Of a stretch of DNA of 64,000 nucleotides, positions 19,933 to 28,581 are shown piece by piece. The notes under the pieces are model-generated. The model saw nothing but the letters and a program-made list of their open reading frames with translations. It was not told where the DNA came from and searched no databases. The stretch is from positions 1 to 64,000 of the forward strand of contig OZ223272.1 of NCBI GenBank assembly GCA_965140585.1, given 5' to 3'. Within the stretch, counting starts at the first letter, position 1. Every line of letters starts with the position of its first letter. This DNA comes from Spirochaetia bacterium. GTDB taxonomy: Bacteria; Spirochaetota; Spirochaetia; UBA9216. Both the position numbers and the translations under genes were made by a program.

Positions 19933-21919
19933 ACTTTCAAATTACCGGCCAACTGAAAGAGCCAGAATTATGAAGGCCGTACTATGGGCTCAGACAAAAC
20001 ACGGAGACCAGAAACGGGCCAGCGGCGAGCCTTTTTTCATACATCCCCTGACAGTTGCTGAATTCCTGGTAGATCTGGGAATGGACTATGAAACGGTTAT
20101 TGCAGCACTGCTTCATGATGTACTTGAAGATACAAGCACCTCTGAAACTGAAATGCGCAAGGAGTTCGGCCGCCAGGTTGTTGCCCTTGTTGACGGCGTT
20201 ACCAAGATTTCCATCGTAAAAGCCAAGAGCAAGACCATCCAGGAAACCGAGACAATGCGGAAGATGCTGATCGCAATGACCAAGGACATTAGGGTCATTA
20301 TTATCAAGCTGGCGGACAAACTGCACAATATGAAAACCCTTCAGTATCTTCCCGAAGCCAAACGGAAATCAATAGCAAACGAATGTCTGGAAATTTATGC
20401 GCCTCTTGCAGGCAGACTGGGGATCTCGGGACTTAAAACAGATCTTGAGGATCTGGCTCTGAAACATCTGAGACCGGAAGTATATAAGCAGCTGAGTGAG
20501 ACTATCAGTACTCTTAAAAATGAAAACATAAACTACCTTAAGAAGGTTGAACGCGATATTCTGAAGGCAACCCACGCGGAAGGTGTGCAGATTGAAGTAG
20601 AGACCAGGGCAAAGCATATCTATTCGGTATACCGGAAGATGAAAAAGCGCAAAAAGGCCCTTGATGAAATAAACGATCTTCTTGCAATCCGGATACTCTG
20701 CAACACCCCTAACGAGTGCTACACGATACTTGGGATTGTGCACAGGCTGTGGCCGCCTATCGAAGGCCGTTTCAAAGACTACATTGCAATGCCCAAATCG
20801 AATCAGTACCGCAGCCTGCATACAACGGTTATGTGCAACGAGGGAAGAAAGCTCGAGGTGCAGATCCGCTCATATGCAATGCACTATACCGCTGAATACG
20901 GGGTTGCAGCACACTGGATATACAAGGGCGCAGACTCAAACGACAAGGCCAAGCCGGAAGATTTGGCAATTATAAACAAGCTAAAACGCTGGAATGAACT
21001 GCATATTCCTCAGGTCGAGTTCTGGGATGAAATCAAGGGAGAGCTGTTAAAGGATTCAATCTATGTGTTCACACCGCGCGGTCATATAGTTGAACTGGCC
21101 AAGGATGCCACGCCGATTGACTTCGCATATCACATCCACACCGAGGTCGGGAACCACTGTATCGGGGCCAAGGCTGACGGAGTGATAATTCCGCTGAGCA
21201 CTCCGCTTCGGAATACCCAGGTCGTCGAGGTCCTTACCTCAAACAAGGGCAAGCCTAACATCAACTGGCTCAGACTTGCCAAGACTTCCAAAGCTAAAAA
21301 CAAGATCAGACAGTATCTCAACAAGCACAACGAAGATCTTATAATAGAAAAAAATATCATTGCAAAGCACAAGGCTCCTGCTGAAGTACATGAAACCAAG
21401 GTTAATGAACATGCCGCCGCTGAAAAGCATACTGATTCAGTATCATCTGATATTATCAAAAGGGTAATAAACTCAACCAAGGTTGTTTTTAAAATCGGTG
21501 ATGAAAAAAATATGATGATCAGCCTTGCGAACTGCTGCAATCCAGTGACGGGAGACAGCATTATAGGCTACGTTTCGAGAGGCAGAGGTATTATAGTTCA
21601 CCGTAAAGACTGTCCGAACCTGAAAAACATCAAAGAGTTCGAAGAGCGGAGTATTGATGTTGAATGGGAGGCTGTATCACCGATAACTTCAAGGCGCTTT
21701 GAAGTCGTTTCGAAAATAACCAACGACCTATTCTCCGAAATTGAGGGATCGGTACGAAAATACGGCGGTCATTTGATTGAAGGCAAGCTTGAGGAAAACG
21801 ACAAAGGCAACCTGAAGGGCAGCTTTACGATGGAAATGACAAGGGACGTCGAATACAAACAGGTTCTAAAAAGCATAAGACTTATCCCTTCAGTACTGAA
21901 TATAAGACCACTTTCATAA
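19901..21919 (+). CDS. rel: Bifunctional (p)ppGpp synthetase/hydrolase, long RSH
   Basis: HD (LLHDVLED), RFKDY synthetase, TGS (TPIDFAY) and CC (ANCCNP) domains. GTG 19901 chosen as start; the ORF extends to 19865. Confidence 0.93.
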   Translation: MDHKITKFENKLSNYRPTERARIMKAVLWAQTKHGDQKRASGEPFFIHPLTVAEFLVDLGMDYETVIAALLHDVLEDTSTSETEMRKEFGRQVVALVDGVTKISIVKAKSKTIQETETMRKMLIAMTKDIRVIIIKLADKLHNMKTLQYLPEAKRKSIANECLEIYAPLAGRLGISGLKTDLEDLALKHLRPEVYKQLSETISTLKNENINYLKKVERDILKATHAEGVQIEVETRAKHIYSVYRKMKKRKKALDEINDLLAIRILCNTPNECYTILGIVHRLWPPIEGRFKDYIAMPKSNQYRSLHTTVMCNEGRKLEVQIRSYAMHYTAEYGVAAHWIYKGADSNDKAKPEDLAIINKLKRWNELHIPQVEFWDEIKGELLKDSIYVFTPRGHIVELAKDATPIDFAYHIHTEVGNHCIGAKADGVIIPLSTPLRNTQVVEVLTSNKGKPNINWLRLAKTSKAKNKIRQYLNKHNEDLIIEKNIIAKHKAPAEVHETKVNEHAAAEKHTDSVSSDIIKRVINSTKVVFKIGDEKNMMISLANCCNPVTGDSIIGYVSRGRGIIVHRKDCPNLKNIKEFEERSIDVEWEAVSPITSRRFEVVSKITNDLFSEIEGSVRKYGGHLIEGKLEENDKGNLKGSFTMEMTRDVEYKQVLKSIRLIPSVLNIRPLS

Positions 21920-21929
21920 AGGCAGGATT

Positions 21930-22674
21930 ATGGTAAACCTTTCACATGTCAGAATAATACTCGAGAACCCTCAATCGGCAAAAAAACATAGGCTCAGTAT
22001 GCAGGGCAATGAAGAACATGGGCTTCAGCAAACTCTATATTGCCGGGAGCATTCCCGAAGACTTTGAAAAGGCTGCAGTCACGGCTATCCATGCCTCCGA
22101 TATCCTGGAACAAGCTGTTATCACTGAATCTGTGGAAAAGGCACTTGAAGGAACCGTCTACTCTGCTGCAATCTCAAGAAGACGAGGCAAGAAAAGGAAA
22201 TATTTCAGCATCTCACCCGAAAATCTGGCTGATGCCGTACTTCCGCTCTGTACGGCAGAAGAGGAAGCAGGGTCAACAGAGAGCCGGATAGCTATAGTAT
22301 TCGGAAACGAGGTATCCGGTCTCAATGAGCACGATTTGGGTCTATGCAACACAGCGGTAAGGATACAGTCATCAGACCTCTTTCCCTCGCTTAACCTGTC
22401 ACATGCAGTACAGCTTATCACCTACGTAATCTACCACGAAGCCCTCAAGGAGAAAGAGTTCAAGGGCTACCGACCGATAAACCGGGAGGAGCTCGAGGTC
22501 CTTACCTCTGAGATTGCAGGGAATTTGAAAAACATAGGTTTTTTCAAACAGGTTGATGATTCTGATATGAAAAGCTTTTTCAGGGATATTTTTGCCAGGG
22601 CCGGAGTATCAGCCGGTGAGGCAAAGAGGCTAAAGAATATATTTTCCAAGATTGAAGGTCTGTCCAAAAATTAA
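21930..22674 (+). CDS. TrmJ/LasT-family SPOUT RNA methyltransferase; 1-nt indel in A7 run at ~21980
   Basis: MVNLSHVRIILENPQSA/NIGSVCRAMKNMG N-terminus; VFGNEVSGL and SLNLSHAV motifs. Confidence 0.88.
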
Positions 22675-22696
22675 AAGTGCTTGTTTAGTAGGATTT

Positions 22697-23299
22697 CTAC
22701 AAAAGCACTTCCCTTATATGGCTGCTGAAACGTTCATGATCGATCTCACCCTCAAGCAGAAGTGATATCAGTTTTCTTATCTGCTCAGGAAAGGCATCCC
22801 AGTACTTCTTCTTCCAGCCGGGAATCTCCTCTTCCATGCGGATCTGCTCGGCAGGGGACATGGCACCCAGGCTGTATTCTACAAACTGATCAACCATCTG
22901 TACAAGTAAACCGCCGGGAAGCCCCCCCCCCTGCAGACCGCCTCCTGCAGCACCGGCAGAAGAAGTCTTCGCACGCCGAGGCTTCCCTCCTGCTGATTCA
23001 GGCATGAACTCACCCAAAAGCTCCTGCACCTGGGCTTCACTGAGCTCAGGCGCATTCTGCCTGATTATATTTGCCGCAAAATTGGCAGCCATTTCCGATA
23101 TTGTATTTTTGGACATTTCCACCTGTTCGGATATCCGGGAGGCAGATTCAGATGCAATCCGTCCGGGATTGACACCCATATGCCTTCCCCTGCCCGGCTC
23201 ACTGAGTCTTTTATGCAGAGCCGCCTGAATAACTTCAAGCTCATCAGCTTCTGCAATATTGAGAATAAATTCAACTATTTTGTAAAGTCTGTCCTGCAT
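22697..23299 (-). CDS. Hypothetical protein
   Basis: 200-aa ORF overlapping the MFS 3' end; Gly-rich linker; no motif recognised. Confidence 0.65.
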   Translation of the reverse strand: MQDRLYKIVEFILNIAEADELEVIQAALHKRLSEPGRGRHMGVNPGRIASESASRISEQVEMSKNTISEMAANFAANIIRQNAPELSEAQVQELLGEFMPESAGGKPRRAKTSSAGAAGGGLQGGGLPGGLLVQMVDQFVEYSLGAMSPAEQIRMEEEIPGWKKKYWDAFPEQIRKLISLLLEGEIDHERFSSHIREVLL

Positions 23300-24563
23300 C
23301 AGGCTGCTTCCTGTCTTTTTTCTTATCCGAGAAATACATCACTGTAAAACCGGCCGCCGCTATCATAGCAAGAATAAAACACAGAGGCCATACCATCTCA
23401 ACTGAAGCAATTTCGATAAAAGCACCCACAAGGAAGGGAGAAAGAGCCTGCCCGGTCCCCATAATTATCGGCACTATCGAATTGATTCTGCCCCGGTGAC
23501 TCATCGGAGTATGATTGGCGATAAAAACATCGATATTTGTAGCACCAAGTATTTCGCCGGTTGTCCAGATAAAGGCTGTAATAATGATCAGGGCAAATGT
23601 CTTTGCAAAATAGATAGCACCGAATCCGAAGGCATAAAGTACTGCAGTCAGAGCGGTTGCCAGTATAGGCTTCATGTTCTTTGTAGCCGATATTATCAGA
23701 GTCGTTCCGGCTATAACCACAACGGCGTTAAAACTCATGGCCGAACCGAAGAGCATCGGCCCGTCGGTTCCGAAGGTATCGTTCATAAAGATCGGCAGTG
23801 AAAAAGACATCTGGGCATATACAAAGTTCAGAAGCATTACAAGAAACACAAACCACAGAAGTATCGGACGCTGAAAAAGGACCTTGAAGACGCTGCCCTC
23901 AACTGCATGTTCCGACGAATTACCGCCTTTCTCTGCCTCTGCCATACTGGCACGCAGCTGCTCACTGTCGGGTTTGGTTTCGGCTACAAGAAATATAACA
24001 AGCATCACAGAAATAAAAGTTGTGATTGCATCACCGGCAAACAGCCATCTGGTGTGATTATTGTACAGAAATCCGGCAAGAAGCGGACCGACAGCAAAGC
24101 CGATATTATGTCCCAGATACAATAGTGAAAAAGCAGCCTTTCTGTTTTCAGGCCGGCTCAGATCGAAAACCATAGCCTGGCTCGTTGGATGGACAACACC
24201 CATGAAAAACTCTGCTCCTATAATAAAAAATGGTATAAGCTGCTGATTTTTCAGGAAGGCACAGGATAGAAAGCATGCGGCAGAACAGAGCTGAGCTGTA
24301 ACCAGCAGTTTCTTACGGCCGATATGGTCGGACAGTTTACCGCCGATAAGGGAGCCGGGAACAAAGCTTGTGCTGCAGACCATCAGAATTACTCCGGCAT
24401 CCTTTGCCGAGTAGCCGAGTTTATTGGTTAAAAGGAGTGTTAAGAAGGGATAAACAAAAAAACCAAGACTGTTAATTATCCTGGCAAAAAAAAGGACATA
24501 TATACTGCGTTCAAGTCCTGAGTAGATCATGAACGGTCGTTTAATTATTTCTATGGCTTTCAT
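23271..24563 (-). CDS. MFS transporter
   Basis: GGKLSDHIGRK motif A; about 12 TM segments. Confidence 0.92.
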   Translation of the reverse strand: MKAIEIIKRPFMIYSGLERSIYVLFFARIINSLGFFVYPFLTLLLTNKLGYSAKDAGVILMVCSTSFVPGSLIGGKLSDHIGRKKLLVTAQLCSAACFLSCAFLKNQQLIPFFIIGAEFFMGVVHPTSQAMVFDLSRPENRKAAFSLLYLGHNIGFAVGPLLAGFLYNNHTRWLFAGDAITTFISVMLVIFLVAETKPDSEQLRASMAEAEKGGNSSEHAVEGSVFKVLFQRPILLWFVFLVMLLNFVYAQMSFSLPIFMNDTFGTDGPMLFGSAMSFNAVVVIAGTTLIISATKNMKPILATALTAVLYAFGFGAIYFAKTFALIIITAFIWTTGEILGATNIDVFIANHTPMSHRGRINSIVPIIMGTGQALSPFLVGAFIEIASVEMVWPLCFILAMIAAAGFTVMYFSDKKKDRKQPDAGQTLQNS

Positions 24564-25651
24564 CAGCCTCCTGTTTCTTTCTTAAGCAGCCCGAACCTTT
24601 CGATGATAGGAAGATGCTGTGTACATGCCTGTTCACAGCGGCCGCATTCTATACATTTTTCAAGATCATTCATACTTACATGCCAGTGCCAGCGGATACG
24701 TTGCTCCGCAGTCTCCGGACTTTTGAGTATAACATGATTATAGGCTTCCATGTATGCCCAGACCTTAATATCTTCGGGACATACATTACAGTAGCCGCAG
24801 CTTGTGCACAGGCTTTGAAATTCATCCCGGATCTTCAGCTTCAGCTCTTCAATTCCGGCCGGATTTCCGGCTTTGAAACTATCAACAGCTGCTGCGGCCT
24901 GACTTATGTGTTCTTTTCTGCCGAAGCCGACCAGAGCTGTTGTAATTGATGGATCAGAAAGCAGAAAATGCAGAGCGCTGTCGACAATATTTTCATCAGG
25001 ACTGTTCTTAAGAAAAGAGAAGGTATCGGGATTATTTACTATGGTGCCGCCTCCAAGAGGATTCATTATAACCACTCCCATATTTTTTTCGGCAGCAGCT
25101 CGCAGACCTTCTTCACGGAAAGGAAAGTTTACAGCGGAATATCCTAGGGTAATACCGTCAAAATCTTCTTCTGCAAGCAAATTCCTGATCTCGCCGCCGT
25201 TCATATGGGTCGAAATACAGATATGATCGGCAAGCCCCTCCTCACGTATCTTCCTGAATTCTTCAAGTACACCGGAGCTCCTTCGCTTTTCAAAATCTTC
25301 GGGTGACATAACACACCAGACATGATAAAAGTCCAGCTTATCGAGCCCCATTCGGGAAAGAGAATGTTCCAGATCTCCACGGATCACTGAGGGTTTTGAG
25401 GCGGCGCTTTTAGAAGAAACATAGAATTTCTGTCCGGATCTTTTCATCTGCTCAAAAGCAAGGCCGAATATTTTTTCTGATTTACCGTGCAGGTAGGCAG
25501 GCGCTGTATCGAAGTAATTTATTCCAAGCTCAGAAGCGTACAAAAGCATTTCAGCGGACTTCTCCAGCTCCCGGGTATTTTCAAAGCGCATGCCTCCAAA
25601 ACCTATCACCGAGAGCTTCTTACCGGTCTTTCCATATTCCCTGTACAGCAT
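24563..25651 (-). CDS. Aldo/keto reductase with C-terminal Fe-S domain
   Basis: GFGGMR and GINYFDTA motifs; CTSCGYCNVCP and CIECGRCEQAC clusters. Confidence 0.9.
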   Translation of the reverse strand: MLYREYGKTGKKLSVIGFGGMRFENTRELEKSAEMLLYASELGINYFDTAPAYLHGKSEKIFGLAFEQMKRSGQKFYVSSKSAASKPSVIRGDLEHSLSRMGLDKLDFYHVWCVMSPEDFEKRRSSGVLEEFRKIREEGLADHICISTHMNGGEIRNLLAEEDFDGITLGYSAVNFPFREEGLRAAAEKNMGVVIMNPLGGGTIVNNPDTFSFLKNSPDENIVDSALHFLLSDPSITTALVGFGRKEHISQAAAAVDSFKAGNPAGIEELKLKIRDEFQSLCTSCGYCNVCPEDIKVWAYMEAYNHVILKSPETAEQRIRWHWHVSMNDLEKCIECGRCEQACTQHLPIIERFGLLKKETGG

Positions 25652-25673
25652 TTTAGAACCCCAAAAAAAGTAA

Positions 25674-25809
25674 AGGTAAATAAAAAGTCAGAAACTTTTT
25701 ATTTACCTACCGTAGATTTAAATGAGTTTTTTAATAATTCTATAAATAATAGAATTATTAAAAACACTCAAAATCAAAACTAAAACCCAACCGGGGTTTT
25801 AGTTTTGAT
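25674..25809. repeat. Three consecutive inverted repeats (15-16 bp stems, 5-nt loops); the ychF-proximal one is probably a terminator
   Basis: AGGTAAATAAAAAGT/ACTTTTTATTTACCT; TTTTTAATAATTCTAT/ATAGAATTATTAAAAA; ATCAAAACTAAAACCC/GGGTTTTAGTTTTGAT. Confidence 0.85.
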
Positions 25810-26918
25810 CAGACATTAAACTTGAAATGCATTACATCGCCGTCTTTAACAACGTAATTTTTTCCTTCCTGTCTGAGTTTTCCGGCCTTTCTTATTGCGT
25901 CTTCCGAACGGAGCGAGAAGAGGTCATCGCAGTGATATACTTCAGCCTTGATAAAGCCCTTCTGAAAATCAGTATGGATTACACCGGCAGCTTCGGGAGC
26001 GAGAGCTCCGGCTTTGAATGTCCAGGCTCTGTTTTCATCGGCGCCGGCAGTAAAGTAAGTTCTCAGTCCCAGAGCTGCGTAAGCCTTGTGAATGAGCCTT
26101 GCAAGCCCCGATTCCTCAAGCCCTGCTTCCTGCAGAAACTCAGCCTTTTCCTCATCGGTTTCAAGTGCGGCAATATCAGCTTCAAGAGCGCCGCAGATAA
26201 CCTCAACCTCTGTTTCTTCAGCAGCGGCTATAGCCTTCACAGCCTTTACATAGTCGTTTTCTTCGGTGAGGCCGGCTTCATCCACGTTGCAGAGGTACAT
26301 CTGCTTTTTCATAGTGATAAGCTGAAGCTCTTTAACTGCTTCCGCCTGATCTTCAGTCAGTTCAACGGCTCTTGCCGGGGTTCCCTCAGAAAGAGCATCC
26401 CTGAGTTTTTCAAGAGCAGGAAGGATAAGTGTAGTCTTTTTTACAATATCCTTGTCCGGTGAGCGCAAATTCTTTGCTGATTTCTCAAGTCTCTTTTCGA
26501 CGGTTGAAAGATCGGCCAGGGCAAGTTCGATATTAATCGTTTCAATATCGGATGCTGGATCGATCTTTCCGCTTACGTGTGTAATGTCCTCATCTTCGAA
26601 GCATCTTACGACATGAATAATTACACCAACCTGCCTTATATGTGAAAGGAACTGGTTTCCAAGCCCCTCCCCTTTTGAAGCACCCTTTACAAGGCCGGCG
26701 ATGTCTACGAATTCGACTACAGCCGGAATCTTTTTGGCAGGTACGATAATTTCCGATATTTTTTCAAGCCGTTCATCAGGTACATTCACGATTCCGACAT
26801 TCGGATCGATCGTACAGAACGGATAATTAGCTGCTTCCGCAGGTGCAGATGTAAGAGCAGAAAAAATAGTAGATTTTCCGACATTCGGAAGTCCAACTAT
26901 CCCGCAGTTAAGACCCAT
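25809..26918 (-). CDS. ychF: Redox-regulated ATPase YchF
   Basis: GIVGLPNVGKST, ANYPFCTIDPN, DIAGLVKGAS and VKDGDVMHFKFNV motifs. Confidence 0.97.
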   Translation of the reverse strand: MGLNCGIVGLPNVGKSTIFSALTSAPAEAANYPFCTIDPNVGIVNVPDERLEKISEIIVPAKKIPAVVEFVDIAGLVKGASKGEGLGNQFLSHIRQVGVIIHVVRCFEDEDITHVSGKIDPASDIETINIELALADLSTVEKRLEKSAKNLRSPDKDIVKKTTLILPALEKLRDALSEGTPARAVELTEDQAEAVKELQLITMKKQMYLCNVDEAGLTEENDYVKAVKAIAAAEETEVEVICGALEADIAALETDEEKAEFLQEAGLEESGLARLIHKAYAALGLRTYFTAGADENRAWTFKAGALAPEAAGVIHTDFQKGFIKAEVYHCDDLFSLRSEDAIRKAGKLRQEGKNYVVKDGDVMHFKFNV

Positions 26919-26943
26919 ATATAATATCCTCCACGATATTTCG

Positions 26944-27387
26944 TTATAAATACATTAAAAGTGCGATAAGAATTCCAAGAAGGCCGCCGAAAAAAACCTG
27001 CGGAAGAGTATGTCCCAGCAGGGTTCCGAGTGTTTTAGGCTCAAATCCGTCCTTGAAAAGACTCTCAAGCTGGCTTGTCAGCTCGTTTATCAGTTTGGCA
27101 TGCTCGCCTGCAGCTCTTCTGATTCCGCATGCATCATACATTACAACTACCGCAAGAACAGTTGCAATGGCAAACTCCGGACTGCCCAGGCCTTCTGTCA
27201 GTCCGACAGCGGTCGCAAGCGCTGTTACTGCAGCAGAATGCGATGAAGGCATTCCACCGGTCCCCCGCAGCCTGGAGACTTTGAGTGTCCGTTCTGAAAT
27301 AAGAACTGTAAGGACCTTAAGTACCTGTGCAGAAACGAGAGCTATTAAAACTGTCCATAATGCCTTGTTTACTATCAGATCGTGCAA
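26944..27387 (-). CDS. Divergent PAP2 family (DUF212) membrane protein
   Basis: GGMPSSHSA, VMYDACGIRRAAG and LGHT motifs. Confidence 0.9.
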   Translation of the reverse strand: MHDLIVNKALWTVLIALVSAQVLKVLTVLISERTLKVSRLRGTGGMPSSHSAAVTALATAVGLTEGLGSPEFAIATVLAVVVMYDACGIRRAAGEHAKLINELTSQLESLFKDGFEPKTLGTLLGHTLPQVFFGGLLGILIALLMYL

Positions 27388-27564
27388 AACAGACTCCGTG
27401 CAAAGGGTTCATTAAAAAACTGCAGTTCTTTAATGTATACCTAAGATTTATAGAAGTTAATTTATTTCGATGGAATAAATTAACTTCTGGAAAGCCTGAA
27501 TAGCCCCATAAAAGTATATCCAAGCTTTCAGATTATAATGCTTATGGGTTTTCATGAAAAGCCT

Positions 27565-27765
27565 TCAGTCACGTATTCTTGACGATTTCACGAACGAGGG
27601 ACAGTGCTTCCCTGTTGCCTGATAGAGTGATACCGAGGGCAGCTGCTTCCCCTTAAAACCGAACATCGTACAGGAACGCGGGAATACAGGATCCCAGCTT
27701 ACCTTAAAATATTCACATTTCAGACAGTTTGGTGCCCTCTCCGGTGCTGCAGATCCATTGTTCAT
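27565..27765 (-). CDS. Small conserved Cys-rich protein
   Basis: NCLKCEYFKVSWD..FPRSC..FGFK...P......G..CPSF pattern. Confidence 0.7.
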   Translation of the reverse strand: MNNGSAAPERAPNCLKCEYFKVSWDPVFPRSCTMFGFKGKQLPSVSLYQATGKHCPSFVKSSRIRD

Positions 27766-27814
27766 ATTTAGAATATCGTCTGTTCATGCTATATTATCAA
27801 GGAGGAGAGGGCAT

Positions 27815-28553
27815 ATGTTAAGTGAAAGTGAACTGAGGCGGTATTCGAGACAGCTTCATCTGGATGATGGGATTAAGATTGATCAGGAAAGGCTTAAAGA
27901 TTCACGTGTCATGATAGCCGGTGCAGGAGGTCTTGGAAGTCCTGTTTCTATGTACCTGGCTGCTGCCGGGGTCGGAACACTTGTTATATGCGACAATGAT
28001 GAGGTGGAACTATCCAATCTCAACCGCCAGATTCTTCACAGAACAGCCGGCATCGGCAGGCTGAAAACAGATTCAGCAGCAGAAAGGCTCAGTGGGCTAA
28101 TTCCTGAAATAAGTATAATAACCTATAACACAGATATTTCAGACAGTATTGAAGAAGCCGCGGCAAACTGCGATTTAATCATAGACTGTCTGGACAATAT
28201 CGCTACTCGTTATGTTATAAACGGCTACTGCATGAAACACGGTGTCCCCCTCCTCCACGGCGGGGTTCGGGGACTTGCCGGACAGGTTTCAATGCTCATG
28301 CCGCCTGAAACAGCCTGTCTGAGGTTGCATATTCCCTGAAGACATCGGAAATAAAAACCCGATACCGATCCTCGGCTCAACAGCCGGAATAACAGGTTCA
28401 ATCCAGGCAACCGAAGCAGTCAAATACCTGTGTACAAAAAAAAGCAGCCTGAAAAACAGGCTGCTGATATTCGACGGAACCGAATGGGAGTTTACAAGCA
28501 TTGAGCTTTCAAAGAACCCGGCCTGTCCGGCATGCGGAATGTCCGGAAAATGA
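27815..28553 (+). CDS. ThiF/MoeB/HesA adenylyltransferase; 1-nt indel at ~28326
   Basis: RYSRQ, GAGGLG and SNLNRQ motifs. After the shift the frame reads CIFP...GSTAGITGSIQATEAVK...NPACPAC; SD before ATG 27815. Confidence 0.88.
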
Positions 28554-28581
28554 AATAAAACTCCAATCCATAAAATTCGCC

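Noticed and set aside
25674-25809. CRISPR array or integron attC sites
   Set aside because: The hairpins share no repeat sequence and have no spacer periodicity. There are no attC R-box ends and no cas or intI gene.
27565-27765. 'Uracil-DNA glycosylase' label often given to similar small Cys proteins
   Set aside because: At 66 aa with no UDG catalytic motifs, the function is not supported.
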